Assembly: GCA_963701095.1 (NCBI GenBank) | Contig: OY969564.1 | Location: 2,400,001 to 2,464,000 of the forward strand | Source: an uncultured Methanoregulaceae archaeon | Lineage (GTDB): Archaea > Halobacteriota > Methanomicrobia > Methanomicrobiales > Methanospirillaceae | Length of the DNA stretch: 64,000 nucleotides | Direction: 5' to 3' | In this document: piece by piece, positions 1 through 11,063 of the stretch | Layout: each line of letters opens with the position of its first letter | Numbering within the stretch: position 1 is the first letter of the stretch | Made by a program: the position numbers and the translations under genes | Notes under the pieces: generated by a model | What the model was told of the DNA's origin: nothing | Database searches by the model: none | Seen by the model: only the letters and a program-made list of their open reading frames with translations

Positions 1-103
1 AGAAAATAAATCGCCTTCGTGTTCTCCAGCATGTAAAACGTAAAAATCCCATCAACACTTTTTTCCGAAGATCTAATCACCCGGTAGTGCTCATCAGATA
101 CCT

Positions 104-1099
104 ATGAAGATCCTCTTCTGCGGCGAGAGTTTTCCCGAGGCTCGCAAGCAACTCGATGCCCTCCTCCCCAACGATGAGATTCTTGCGTTCCCGCCAGAAA
201 AGATCGGCCCCCATATCAAAGAGGCGGACGTTGTTGTGCCTCTGGTCACCCGGGTTGATGAGACTATCATCTGTCAGGGGACATTCGGCCTTATCCAACA
301 GTTCGGCGTCGGGCTCGAATCCGTCGATATTGAGGCAGCAACGAAGCATGGGGTCCGGGTTGCGCGTATACCCAGCGAAGAATCCGGTAATGCTGCGTCA
401 GTAGCCGAGCATGCGATCCTCCTCATGCTTATGCTCTCCCGTAAATGGAATGTCATAACAGCAGCCCGGAAGGAAGGAACAAAGGTCCCGTGGGGATCAC
501 CGGCCGGGCAGGCACTCCGGGGTAAGACTGTTTGTGTTGTCGGCCTTGGGGGCGTTGGAAGAGAGCTTGTCCGCAGGCTTTCCGGGTTCGAGGTACAGAT
601 TATAACCGTCGATGATCATCCTGGCCGGTTTGTGCCAGGAATTGCGATCAGCCGTTCCTGTTCATTGGCCGGACTTCAGGAAAGCCTTGCATACGCAGAT
701 TACGTTGTGATCTGCATCAACTATACTCCCGACCGTTTCCACCTTATCGGCGAAAGGGAGATTTCCTCCATGAAACCGGGTGTTTTTCTCGTCAATGTCG
801 CCCGGGGCGGGCTTCTTGACCAGGATACCCTCTTAAAAGCACTTCGGTCTGGTCATGTTGCCGGTGCCGGTCTCGACGTTTATTGGGAAGAGCCGGTAGA
901 CATGGGCCATCCCCTTTTTTCAGAGAATGTAATCGCTACCCCTCACATTGCCGGTGTCACAGATGTCTCCTATGAGGGTATTGCAAGGGCGTTTGCAGAG
1001 AACATGCGAAGGTATGCCTCCGGTGAACCGCCGTTATACCTTGCCAACGCCCCGGCTTCACCGCGAGCTGATAAAACCGCGAGTATGAATCAAATCTGA
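104..1099 (+). CDS. D-isomer-specific 2-hydroxyacid dehydrogenase (NAD-binding)
   Basis: 331 aa; GxGxxG (VGLGGVG), NVARGG, GLDV and TPHIAG motifs typical of the family. Confidence 0.9.
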   Translation: MKILFCGESFPEARKQLDALLPNDEILAFPPEKIGPHIKEADVVVPLVTRVDETIICQGTFGLIQQFGVGLESVDIEAATKHGVRVARIPSEESGNAASVAEHAILLMLMLSRKWNVITAARKEGTKVPWGSPAGQALRGKTVCVVGLGGVGRELVRRLSGFEVQIITVDDHPGRFVPGIAISRSCSLAGLQESLAYADYVVICINYTPDRFHLIGEREISSMKPGVFLVNVARGGLLDQDTLLKALRSGHVAGAGLDVYWEEPVDMGHPLFSENVIATPHIAGVTDVSYEGIARAFAENMRRYASGEPPLYLANAPASPRADKTASMNQI

Positions 1100-1575
1100 T
1101 CAACAACGAAGTTTGGGACATTTGCGATTGCTTTAAACATTCTATTTTCTGTTGTTATTGCCTTTCGAAAAAATTTTTGCAGGAGTATATTATTTCTAAT
1201 TAATATCTGTAAATTGTAAAATAAAAAAGGTTAAAATAGGGCAACGGTTAACATAGATATTGTCCTTTTGGAATGCACCCCAACCGGACACATGCACACA
1301 AACACACACGAATACATACGATGTTCACAAGGATTTAGTGAATAAACAGGCAGGTTTGCAGCATTCAGGCACCGGAAGATCCCCTCTAAATCCATCTTTT
1401 ATTGGGACACACCTTATCTCATACCAATAGATATCGCCGGTGCCTGGAGTCCTGCAATATCGGGTACTCTCTTATTTATTGCTCCGTTTCTGCGGAGTGA
1501 ACAGGCTGTATTTGCGAGTTATACATGTAGACAGGTTTTCGTGATAACCGTTTTAGTATGTTAGTACATGCCATT

Positions 1576-2763
1576 TCAGTGCACAAATACGAACACGCCT
1601 GCGGCAATCCCAACCCCCGCAACGACAACCCAGAGTATTTCGGCACCTAAAAGGAGAGAAACAAAGGTTCCTGCTGCAAGAAGGCCGGGGAGCCAGGACC
1701 AGGGAACCGCTAGTGCGAGTTTTATGGTCACGCTCAAGAGCAGCCCTACAAACGAGAACAAGATGCCCTGGAACATTTTCTGGTACAACTGGGAACTGTG
1801 CAGCCAATCATAATAGGGAACTGTCCCGATTACAACCAGAAATGAAGGAGTAAAGATCGCAATTGTTGCAACGACTCCTCCCCAGAAACCGTAGGCAAGA
1901 AAACCGACAAACGTTGCGGTAATAACGATAGGGCCTGGTGTCACCTGGCCAAGGGCGAGTCCGTTGATGAAGGCTGTGCTACTCAGCCATGAATGGACTA
2001 CGACAACCTCCTGGAACATCAGCGGCAGCGAGGCAAATCCTCCGCCAAACGCAAAGAGATCAACCCGTGCCATGGTAGCCGCAAGGGTAAAGAGATCTGG
2101 CTCAAGGAAGTACAACAGGACAAAAAATATGCAGGCACCGGCGAGCAGGATAAAAAAAGAAGTTTCCGGACGAGGTAATGCAGTGACCGGCGCCTCTTGT
2201 TTTTTATCTGGTGCAGGAAGAAGAGCTATTCCCAAAAGGGCTGCGAGGAAAATGACGATAATGGGGTTGATGCCAACAATGAAGAGGACTGCCGCAATCC
2301 CGGCAATGACAAAGGAAAACCATTGTCTGAGTGAAGTTTTTCCAAAAGAGACCGTGGCGTAGGCAACAAGTGCAACAACAATTGCCTGTAATGCGAGGAA
2401 AAGCGCTTTTGCTGGGGGAAGGTTGGCAGTCGAAACATAGACTGCGGAGAGCACCATCATCAGGATAAATGCGGGCAGACCAAAGCCGACAAACGTTGCC
2501 AGTGCACCCGCAACTCCCCGGATACGTAGACCGGTATACGCAGTAACCTGCATGGCCGTAGCCCCGGGAATAGCCTGGCAGAGTGCAACACCCTCATCAA
2601 AGACCGTACCGTCAAGCCACCCTTTCTCATTCACTGCCATTTTCCGAATGTATGGAACCATGGCGGGACCACCAAATGCGGTCAGCCCCAACCGGAAAAA
2701 CGAAAAGAAGAGAGATCCAAGTGAAGGCTGCTGCGAAGCGGACGTTGGAGGGGGATTAACCAT
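1576..2763 (-). CDS. chrA: Chromate ion transporter (CHR family, bidomain)
   Basis: 395 aa hydrophobic protein; two repeats with AFGGP/AFGGG and PGAT/TPGP signatures. Confidence 0.9.
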   Translation of the reverse strand: MVNPPPTSASQQPSLGSLFFSFFRLGLTAFGGPAMVPYIRKMAVNEKGWLDGTVFDEGVALCQAIPGATAMQVTAYTGLRIRGVAGALATFVGFGLPAFILMMVLSAVYVSTANLPPAKALFLALQAIVVALVAYATVSFGKTSLRQWFSFVIAGIAAVLFIVGINPIIVIFLAALLGIALLPAPDKKQEAPVTALPRPETSFFILLAGACIFFVLLYFLEPDLFTLAATMARVDLFAFGGGFASLPLMFQEVVVVHSWLSSTAFINGLALGQVTPGPIVITATFVGFLAYGFWGGVVATIAIFTPSFLVVIGTVPYYDWLHSSQLYQKMFQGILFSFVGLLLSVTIKLALAVPWSWLPGLLAAGTFVSLLLGAEILWVVVAGVGIAAGVFVFVH

Positions 2764-2945
2764 ATTACAAGAGAAATTTCGCTCGCACAGGTGATAATGA
2801 TGCGCAAAATAAAAGCGCGTTGAAAAAAGGTATGCTGCCCCGACAATGAGTATCCATCAACCGGCACAGAGTCTCTCCGGCGAATTAAACACAATATCAT
2901 TTTAATCTCCCGGATTCATGGTACTTACGCCGAGATGAACTTCAG

Positions 2946-3757
2946 ATGAAAAAAGGCAAGGATTATGTCCATGGCTATTCTTCTCGCGAGGCAGAGCGGC
3001 TGCTTGACCAGGCGCAGACACTGACGGATTTGCTTCACCATGACACCCGATATCCGGCAGGGAGCCGGGTGCTCGAAGCCGGCTGTGGTGTTGGTGCCCA
3101 GACCGTGATGCTTGCAGCGGGAAGTCCGGACGCCTCTTTTACCTGCATAGACTGCTCCGAGAAATCTCTTGCAGAAGCGGAGGCATGGATACAAAAAACC
3201 GGGCACAAGAACGTAGTTTTCCAAAAAGCCGACATATTCAATCTTCCTTTTCCTCCTGCCAGTTTCGATCATGTCTTTGTCTGTTTCGTTCTTGAACACC
3301 TTACGGATCCTGCCGGCGCACTTTATAATCTGAAAAATATGCTAAAACCCGGGGGGACTATTACGGTTATTGAAGGAGACCACGGCTCCGCATATTTCCA
3401 CCCTGACAGTGTATATGCCAGAGACGCTATCTCTTGTCTTGTTACGTTACAAAAAGAAGCAGGAGGAAACGCCCTTGTCGGTCGGGAGCTTTACCCTCTC
3501 CTCACCAGATCCGGATTTTCCCAGGTCAGTGTTTCTCCCCGTATGGTCTATGTTGATGCATCCCGCCCCGCACTTGTTGAAGGGTTTACCAAACTGACCT
3601 TTACCGCGATGGTAGAGGGGGTGCGGGAGGAGCTTTGTTCAGGGGAATGATGACCGGATCAGATTGGGACCGGGGGATCGCTGACCTGTACCGGACCTGC
3701 GAACCGGACGGAGTGTTCTGTTATACATTTTTCAAGGCAATCGGAGTAAGGAAGTGA
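2946..3757 (+). CDS. Class I SAM-dependent methyltransferase (one frameshift near 3631)
   Basis: VLEAGCGVG motif I; the ORF ends at 3650, but another frame continues GMMTGSDWDRGIADLYRTCEPDGVFCYTFFKAIGVRK to TGA at 3757. Confidence 0.85.
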
Positions 3758-3761
3758 GGTT

Positions 3762-4370
3762 TTGATAGTAACAGTCATTCTTGCCCATCCTCACCAGGGC
3801 AGTTTCAACCATGCAATTGCTGATACTGTTGTTACTACTCTCACGGCATGCGGGCATACGGTCAGGTTCCACGACCTGTATCAGGAACACTTTGATCCCA
3901 TATTACCTTACGAAGAGATCCAACGGGACGCGTCCCTGCCCCCAGATATTGCCCGACACTGTCTGGAAATTTCCGCAGCAGATGGTATCGTTATCATCCA
4001 TCCGGACTGGTGGGGACAGCCTCCCGCGATCCTGAAAGGATGGGTTGACCGTGTCCTGCGCCCGCAGGTTGCCTACCGTTTTCAGGAAGGAGATAACGGA
4101 CAAGGCATCCCTCTAGGACTGTTAAAGGCTAAGACAGCGTTTGTTTTCAATACGTCAAACACCCCGGATCAGCAGGAAAAAGAGGTCTTTGGCGACCCTC
4201 TGGGTCGGCTCTGGAAGGATTGCATTCTCTCGTTCTGTGGCGTACCGGTTTTTAACCGCAGGGTGTTCTCAGTTGTCGTCACCAGTACCCCGGAAGAAAG
4301 GAAGGGATGGCTGGACGAGGTATCAACGCTCGTAAAAAGAACCTTTCCTCAAAGAAATGCAAAAGGGTAA
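3762..4370 (+). CDS. Flavodoxin-fold NAD(P)H dehydrogenase (quinone), MdaB/KefF-like
   Basis: AHP..SFN and P.WWGQPPAILKGWVDRV motifs; TTG start. Confidence 0.88.
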   Translation: MIVTVILAHPHQGSFNHAIADTVVTTLTACGHTVRFHDLYQEHFDPILPYEEIQRDASLPPDIARHCLEISAADGIVIIHPDWWGQPPAILKGWVDRVLRPQVAYRFQEGDNGQGIPLGLLKAKTAFVFNTSNTPDQQEKEVFGDPLGRLWKDCILSFCGVPVFNRRVFSVVVTSTPEERKGWLDEVSTLVKRTFPQRNAKG

Positions 4371-4401
4371 ACCCAATGAGAATGTACATCGAACCGGTTA
4401 C

Positions 4402-5610
4402 ATGAGTAAATTCCTCCACCCCGTTGATGTGGCTGAAGCGGTTGCCACTTCTCGTCATATTGCCCCGGATTTTGTACCAGAGGATGTTCCCGCGGATTGC
4501 GCAACTGGACGAGTACTCTGCGAAGATGTTATAGCCCGGGAAGATATCCCGGGTTTTGACCGTTCTGTTGTTGACGGTTTTGCAGTCAACTTTGAGGATA
4601 CAACCGGATCCAGCGAATCAATCCCGGCACTACTCAATTGTGGAGGCCGCGTTTCTATGGGAGCACCGGAGCAGGGGCTTGTAGTATCCAGAGGGAGGTG
4701 TGCATATATACCCACCGGAGGTGTCCTCCCGGAAGGCGCGGATGCCGTGATTATGGTTGAGCATACGGAAAGGGCCGGCGATACAGTGTTGGTCAAACGA
4801 CCTGTGGTGTACGGCGAAAACGTGTTGTTCCATGACGAAGATTACCGACGCGGTGCTGTTATCCTCCAAGCCGGCCGCAGACTAACTCCGCAGGATACCG
4901 GAGTGCTTGCAGCCTGCGGCAGGACTTCGGTTGCGGTTGCACGACGACCGGTGATTGGGATCATTTCTACCGGTAACGAACTTGTCCCGGTAACGGCTAC
5001 CCCGGGACCAGGGCAGGTCCGGGATGCCAACGCGTCCATGCTTGCGGCATATCTCAATGAGTACGGGTGTGATCCCCTGCATTATGGTATAGTTCGGGAC
5101 GAATACCGGTCATTTGAAGATGCATTGTCAAAAGCACTCCCGGAATGCGATGCAATCCTTATCTCCGGTGGAAGTTCCAAAGATGACCGGGACATGACTG
5201 CAGGCGTCATTGCCGGCAACGGCGAAGTGTTGGTTCACGGAATTACCCTTGCCCCTGGTAAACCGACAATTATAGGTAGGATCGGGACTACCCCGGTCTT
5301 TGGTCTCCCGGGGCATCCGGCTTCGGCATATGTCGTGCTAATTGTCGTTGTCCTTCCCCTTATCAGCCACATGCTCGGCGAAAAAAAGCCATGCCTTCGT
5401 ACTACACGTGCCGTCCTCGGCGATAGTCTTCCCTCCCAGAAAGGCCGGGAAGAGTACATACGTGTCAGGCTTGAGGAAAGGATCGCGTATCCTGTTTTCG
5501 GGAAGTCCGGGCTCCTTAATACTCTTGTAAACAGTGACGGACTTGTTTGCATCCCTGCCGGCTGCGAAGGTCTTGAAAAAGGCTGCGAGGTGGACGTGAT
5601 TCTCTGGTGA
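4402..5610 (+). CDS. moeA: Molybdopterin molybdenumtransferase MoeA
   Basis: PGFDRSVVDGFAV, IPTGG.LPEGADAV, STGNEL, SGGSS, PGKP, GLPGHP motifs; start moved to ATG 4402. Confidence 0.92.
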   Translation: MSKFLHPVDVAEAVATSRHIAPDFVPEDVPADCATGRVLCEDVIAREDIPGFDRSVVDGFAVNFEDTTGSSESIPALLNCGGRVSMGAPEQGLVVSRGRCAYIPTGGVLPEGADAVIMVEHTERAGDTVLVKRPVVYGENVLFHDEDYRRGAVILQAGRRLTPQDTGVLAACGRTSVAVARRPVIGIISTGNELVPVTATPGPGQVRDANASMLAAYLNEYGCDPLHYGIVRDEYRSFEDALSKALPECDAILISGGSSKDDRDMTAGVIAGNGEVLVHGITLAPGKPTIIGRIGTTPVFGLPGHPASAYVVLIVVVLPLISHMLGEKKPCLRTTRAVLGDSLPSQKGREEYIRVRLEERIAYPVFGKSGLLNTLVNSDGLVCIPAGCEGLEKGCEVDVILW

Positions 5611-5643
5611 AAAGGAAAATTGACCGGATTATTACCGGGTAAT

Positions 5644-5837
5644 TCAATCATCAAGTTTCTTAAAAACGCCTTTTTTGCATTTCAGGATCCTGCACAGCGG
5701 GCAGCGCCATGTGTCCGGCAGGTCTTCGAAAGGAACCCCGGGGGGATCCCCTGGGTCTTATCCCCTTTTTCAGGGTCGTAAATATAATGGCATTCAAGAC
5801 ATACCCAGCGGGCGGGTTTTACCGTCTGTTGTGTCAT
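5644..5837 (-). CDS. Rubredoxin (frameshift in a G/C run near 5740)
   Basis: [22 protein letters not shown], then in the shifted frame [15 protein letters not shown]; two CxxC motifs. Confidence 0.85.
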
Positions 5838-5915
5838 CTGGTAACCTCGGTTAATTCTGTTCAATTCTTCAACGTTACCAGATATGAACTCTCCCGTCAG
5901 GGCAGGGCCTCCGGT

Positions 5916-6488
5916 TCACGGAAAATTTTCCCGGACAAACTCATGGGCAGCTCTGGCAGAAAGCCGCGCTACCCGGAGTGGTTCGGGGATCTTTCCCTCT
6001 TTGGTGAATTCCGAGCAAAGCCTGCCGGCATCCTGTATAGAAATGCCCCAGCTTCGCAAGAATACCGTTAGTCCATCCTGCAGGTTGTAAGGTGTGCGTT
6101 CTCCCAATCTGCAGTACGCATCAAGACGTTGCATATCCCCGGGAAAATGGTGGCGGATATCTTCCTCAAGTCCTGCAGAGTCTTCATAGGTGACGCATAT
6201 AACCGGAAGCCCTGAATACTCAGTTACTTTCTGGGGGTCGATGATATTGAAAAAGGCAATGACACAACCCGAGAGAAAAATTACATTGATGTCCCGGCGG
6301 TCAAGGGACTGTATAATATTAAGGACACCTGTGGTCGCATCCATTCCGCCGACTGTAACGTGAGAAAAAGCAACTCCGTCGACGATAAGATCTTTTCGCA
6401 TCACGATTCCGGCAAGGGTTGACTTTTCCCGGCCGGAATAACTTTCCGCAATGCCAAGGGACCGCAGCCCTTTTTTCGGGATGTGCAT
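5916..6488 (-). CDS. DUF99 family (endonuclease V-like) protein
   Basis: GIAES, VGGMDAT, FNIID and PEPLRVAR motifs recalled for the archaeal DUF99 family. Confidence 0.8.
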   Translation of the reverse strand: MHIPKKGLRSLGIAESYSGREKSTLAGIVMRKDLIVDGVAFSHVTVGGMDATTGVLNIIQSLDRRDINVIFLSGCVIAFFNIIDPQKVTEYSGLPVICVTYEDSAGLEEDIRHHFPGDMQRLDAYCRLGERTPYNLQDGLTVFLRSWGISIQDAGRLCSEFTKEGKIPEPLRVARLSARAAHEFVRENFP

Positions 6489-6526
6489 AGAAGCACTTAT
6501 GACACCTTGTTAAAAATACTATACCA

Positions 6527-7448
6527 ATGAAATTCAACAAAGATGAGGTCTGTATCCTTATCCCCACGCTGAATGAAAGTCTGACCGTAGGCCCGGTAAT
6601 AAAGGAATTCCGTACTTTGGGCTACACCCATATTCTCATCATGGATGGGAAAAGTACGGATAATACCGTAAAAAATGCCCGGGAAGCCGGGGCTTTAGTC
6701 AGGACGCAGTCTGGCAAGGGAAAAGGCAATGCAATCATTGAAGCATTCGAAGTCATCGAGCAGCCGTATATCCTCATGCTGGACGGGGATGGTACATACT
6801 CGGCAAAAGATGCGGAAAAGATGCTTACACCTCTTTTTCTGGGATTCGACCAGGTTATCGGCGACCGGCTCATGAATGCGGAAGAAGGGTCATTTTCCCG
6901 GCTTAACCTGTTTGGCAACCATATGCTTAATCTTTTTTTCAAGCTCGCCCACAGCCGGGATCTTCATGATATTCTTTCAGGGTACCGGGCATTTACCAAA
7001 ATGTCCATCCAACAGATGAACCTGAAAGAATCAGGTTTTGAGATCGAGACGGAGATGTCAGTGGAAGCAGTCCGGAACGGCCAGCGGATCATGGTTGTTC
7101 CCATACGGGTACTCGCGTCGCCCCGGGACGCCCACGAAACTTTCTCCTTTCCATGATGGGATCCGGATCGTGACGACCATTTACCGGCTCGCCCGGGTTA
7201 ATAATCCTCTTTTCTATTTCGGCATCATGGGGGTGTTTACTACAGTCCTTGGTATTCTTACCGGCGTTTATGTTACCCTTGAATGGTTGCGTCATATCGA
7301 CCACATCCCCCTCACTATCCTGACTGTGCTGCTTATTGTAGTCGGTATCGAGATCTTCATGTTTGGTATGATCTCTGATATGCTGCTGGTATTCCACCGG
7401 GAGATAATCCGGGAGATCCAGATAAACCAGCCGCCCCGGCAGAAATAA
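6527..7448 (+). CDS. aglJ: GT2 glycosyltransferase, AglJ-like (dolichol-phosphate glycosyltransferase); frameshift near 7108
   Basis: IPTLNE, DGKSTD, GKG.A, DGDGTY, DILSGYR, FEIETE; the shifted frame gives YSRRPGTPTKLSPFHDG plus two C-terminal TM helices. Confidence 0.8.
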
Positions 7449-7489
7449 AAAAGATTTTTTTAAACCGGGAGTTACGTCCCCGATTGTTT

Positions 7490-8026
7490 TTAAAGAAACA
7501 TCTTCCTGAATGCGATGATCTTGCAGGCGTGTTCGGCAAGGGAAGTTAGCTGAAATGCTTCGTCGAGTGTTGCCCCGGCGGCAAAGGTCCCGTGTGAACG
7601 CGCAATAACGAGTTTGTGGTGAAGCAAAACCTTGGAAACAGCATCTGCAAGACCCGGTGTCCCTGGCGCGCCCGAGGTCACGGGGATGACAGGACAGAAC
7701 ATGACACCCTCAGAATCAAGAGGTATTATCTCATCGGTAACCAGGGATGCAGCAATAGCATACGGCGGATGAGCATGCACAATTGCACGGAACCGTGTTT
7801 TTTGATATACTGCGAGATGAACCCGGTACTCGCTCGAAGCGTCTTTGGGAACAGGGCCATCGAATGGCACAAATACAGGATCACCCGGATCATCGAGATA
7901 AGCCCCGGTCTTTTTAATAAAAAAACCGGCGTCATTTTCCCGCACGCTTATGTTCCCGAAATTACCCCCGACCAGGTGCTCGGCAATTAACCGTTTTCCT
8001 ATTCGTTCAAAGCCATAATCCTGCAT
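7490..8026 (-). CDS. Class II aldolase/adducin family (fuculose-1-phosphate aldolase-like)
   Basis: GNISVR, ASSE..VH, HAH and HG metal ligands. Confidence 0.85.
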   Translation of the reverse strand: MQDYGFERIGKRLIAEHLVGGNFGNISVRENDAGFFIKKTGAYLDDPGDPVFVPFDGPVPKDASSEYRVHLAVYQKTRFRAIVHAHPPYAIAASLVTDEIIPLDSEGVMFCPVIPVTSGAPGTPGLADAVSKVLLHHKLVIARSHGTFAAGATLDEAFQLTSLAEHACKIIAFRKMFL

Positions 8027-8649
8027 CCTTCGCACCTCTTTTTCGTACATACCTGTTTTGCGTATTCAACAATATGAGCATGTGTCTGGTGATATACGTG
8101 AGGATCCTCTGCAAGAACTTTTTCAAAGAGTGCTTTAAGCTCCTGTCGGGATGTAGTAATACCGGCACACAGTGCTATTCGTTCCGTGTAGGCATCAATA
8201 ACAAAACTCTCGCGGCCAAAAGCGTAGCAGAGTATGCTGTCAGCCGTCTCTTCACCGATCCCGTTTATCGCGAGAAGGCCTTTGCGAATGGTTGCCGTCG
8301 GTAAGGTTTGCATAGCATCTACGCCTCCGCAGGTCCCGATGACAAACGCAGCAAGCGCCTTAAGCCGTCGTGTCTTCACCCGGTAAAACCCGGTACACCG
8401 TACCGCTTCCTCTATTACGGAAGGATCGGCCGTGTCCAACAGTGCAAGGGAACAGAGGTTTTTTTCTTTAAGAAAGAAAAGAGCCCGTTCGACGTTCTCC
8501 CATCGGGTCTGCTGGGTCAGGATTGCGCCAATCATAACTTCATCGGCGTCTCCAGGCCACCAGGAAATCTCCCCGAATCTGGTGTTAAGGATCTTTACAA
8601 TCTCTGCTGCCTTTCTTTTATCGTTACCGGAACTGGATGCCGACATCAC
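7999..8649 (-). CDS. HhH-GPD endonuclease III-related protein
   Basis: GAILTQQTRWENV, GIGEETADSIL, IDAYT motifs and a C-terminal Cys cluster. Confidence 0.85.
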   Translation of the reverse strand: MMSASSSGNDKRKAAEIVKILNTRFGEISWWPGDADEVMIGAILTQQTRWENVERALFFLKEKNLCSLALLDTADPSVIEEAVRCTGFYRVKTRRLKALAAFVIGTCGGVDAMQTLPTATIRKGLLAINGIGEETADSILCYAFGRESFVIDAYTERIALCAGITTSRQELKALFEKVLAEDPHVYHQTHAHIVEYAKQVCTKKRCEGCRIMALNE

Positions 8650-9274
8650 GCATCTTGTTATACCGAGCGATATTGAGCACCAGCGGTGTGAGCGATTCTA
8701 TCATGGGTGAGACTGCGAGCGGTCCGGCATTGAAGGCTTGGAGACCGGATATCTGGTTTACAATCCCCATCACCTGCTTTTTTGCCTCTTCGTCGTCCCC
8801 GCACACCGGCACCGAGTATACCAGTTCATCATCCAGTGATTTCCACCGGTTGGCAGCGATGGTGTTGAACGCACAACAGAGCCGCGCCTCTTTGGGCAGG
8901 AGTTTTCGTATTAACAACGCAGCCGATCCTTCCGGTGGAGGATCAAAAACAAAGTGATCCCGCTTCTCCATCGGGTTGACCGGACTTATGACAATTTTGT
9001 CCTCAAAACCGCAGAGCGTGGATAATGTCGGGACAACATGAGCAAACGGGATCGCAAGAATAACTACGTCTGCCTTGTCTACGGCGTCCTGGTTGGTGAC
9101 ACCATTAAGGCTGCACTCTTTTCCCCGTTTTCTTAAGGTTTCACGGGTCATTGTGCAGCTCGCCTCGGCTTTATCCTGTTCCCGCGAACCGACCACCAGG
9201 TCAAAGATCGTGGAGAGGCGCATTGCCATTCCTTCGCCGATATCGCCAGTCCCACCGACAATACCGATCTTCAC
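8624..9274 (-). CDS. npdG: NADPH-dependent F420 reductase
   Basis: MKIGIVGGTGDIG, GSR, SPVNP, VCGDD, AGPL....IESLTPL. Confidence 0.9.
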   Translation of the reverse strand: MKIGIVGGTGDIGEGMAMRLSTIFDLVVGSREQDKAEASCTMTRETLRKRGKECSLNGVTNQDAVDKADVVILAIPFAHVVPTLSTLCGFEDKIVISPVNPMEKRDHFVFDPPPEGSAALLIRKLLPKEARLCCAFNTIAANRWKSLDDELVYSVPVCGDDEEAKKQVMGIVNQISGLQAFNAGPLAVSPMIESLTPLVLNIARYNKMRDVGIQFR

Positions 9275-9547
9275 TTATCCCACCAGCGGCCGGAGCAGAT
9301 TTTCTAGTGTAGCAGCATCGGTGACGCCCTGCATGGTCTGGACGACTTTTCCATCCTTTTCGATAATGAGGGTAGGCACAACCTGGATCCCGTATTTTTG
9401 TGCGAGATCCATATGCTCATCGACATCAATTTTTCTTATTTCAACGGTATCGCCCAGTTTCTTTGCCAGTTCTTCGATTATCGGCGTCTGCATCCGGCAG
9501 GGGCCGCACCATGTGGCAAAAAAGTCGTACAGAACAGGTTTCGACAT
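9275..9547 (-). CDS. trxA: Thioredoxin
   Basis: WCGPC active site; 90 aa. Confidence 0.93.
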   Translation of the reverse strand: MSKPVLYDFFATWCGPCRMQTPIIEELAKKLGDTVEIRKIDVDEHMDLAQKYGIQVVPTLIIEKDGKVVQTMQGVTDAATLENLLRPLVG

Positions 9548-9602
9548 AGAATCATACCCGTTAGAGTAGTCAGTTAAAAAAAAAGATAAATCTATTGTTA
9601 TG

Positions 9603-11063
9603 TCACTCGGAGAGGATTTCCATGATGATTCTGCCGTATGCAGGACGGGTTACAACAACACCGACAACGACACCAAGCATGGTGATGATGGCAAATCCCG
9701 TAAGTGTTGAAAGATCCATGAGTGCAAGGGGAAGCATTGCAATCAGGACCGTTGCTGCGGCGATCATGATAATAGTGAGCGCACGGGAGAGTCTCTTGAG
9801 GTATACATTAGGAGACGGCACGATTCCCTCGTGTAGGATCTCATCAGTAATAACGACCAGCTGGTCAATACCCGTTCCGAGGACTGCGATAAGACCTGCG
9901 ATTGTGGGGAGGTCCATCTGGAACTTGATGACACTGATAAACCCAAGGAGAATAAGAATTTCTGAGGCGTTAATCAGCACCATAGGAAGGACTATCCTCG
10001 GCTCGCGGTAACGGTAGAAGATCACAAAGCCAACCATGATAAGGGCAAGGATACCAGCGAGGAGGCACATCTCCAGGTACTGCTGGCCAAGTGATGCCGA
10101 TGTCGAGCCGGACCCGGCGATATCGACATCAACCGGAAGTGCGCCGGCCCGAAGCTGGATCTCAAGATTGGTTGCCTGGTTCATACCCGATGTACCCGTT
10201 CCGGTGGATGCAAACAACTGGGTTGTAGGCTGGGTCTGGAGCGAACTTGCCAGTTCCGATGAGAGAGGTGCCGAATATACGGTCTGGTTATCAAGGAGCA
10301 TCGTGAGTTTATGATCTGCCGGGTCTACAGTTGCTCCATAGGTAATTGATGCATTCTGGAAGACTGCTGCACCGTCTGAGCTCAGGGTAAAACCGACACC
10401 CCAGTTTCCGCTGCCGGCCGGTGACTGGCTTGGCACGTTGACACTAGTTATGGAGTCGCCGTATAGTACGTGTTCGGACTGGTTATTGGCCGTCTGGATA
10501 CGGATTTCGAATTTGCCCTGTTTTCCAACAATCTGCTGGGCCTGGTTCATGTCAACGCCGGCCATCTCGACCCGTACATACCGGGTAACACCGCCAAGAC
10601 CGGTAATAGTATTGACCTTGGCATCTTTTGTGCCCATTGCGTTGATTTTCTGTTCGAGGATCTGTTTCACCAGGCTTGCCGTAGTTGAAGATATACCGGG
10701 CTGGTAGGAAATGACGGTTCCGCCTTCTGAAGCAAAGTACGGTGTAAGCTGATCCTGAGTATAGGATTTCCGGATCTCGACGTGACTTGCATCAACAAGG
10801 ACTACGTCCGTATCAAGGTCTTTGGAGAGGTTTGCAACAAATGTATCAACTGGTTCATTCGTTGTAAACCCGACCACTTCAGCTTTAAATTCAAGCTGTA
10901 GCCATGCTCCCTGTTGAAGGTCGAGGCCGTACTGGAGATTCGTGGTCAGGTTACCGTTGCTGTCAAAATGCGGATAGATAGCAATAACCGAAAGAACAAG
11001 GAGGATTATCAGTACCAGTACCCGCCAGTCACTGAACATTTCTTTTATTCGTTCCGGTTTCAT
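9603..11063 (-). CDS. secD: Preprotein translocase subunit SecD (archaeal)
   Basis: GLDLQQG, LRAGALPV, GTGIDQ.VVITDE; directly follows secF with a 4-nt overlap. Confidence 0.93.
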   Translation of the reverse strand: MKPERIKEMFSDWRVLVLIILLVLSVIAIYPHFDSNGNLTTNLQYGLDLQQGAWLQLEFKAEVVGFTTNEPVDTFVANLSKDLDTDVVLVDASHVEIRKSYTQDQLTPYFASEGGTVISYQPGISSTTASLVKQILEQKINAMGTKDAKVNTITGLGGVTRYVRVEMAGVDMNQAQQIVGKQGKFEIRIQTANNQSEHVLYGDSITSVNVPSQSPAGSGNWGVGFTLSSDGAAVFQNASITYGATVDPADHKLTMLLDNQTVYSAPLSSELASSLQTQPTTQLFASTGTGTSGMNQATNLEIQLRAGALPVDVDIAGSGSTSASLGQQYLEMCLLAGILALIMVGFVIFYRYREPRIVLPMVLINASEILILLGFISVIKFQMDLPTIAGLIAVLGTGIDQLVVITDEILHEGIVPSPNVYLKRLSRALTIIMIAAATVLIAMLPLALMDLSTLTGFAIITMLGVVVGVVVTRPAYGRIIMEILSE

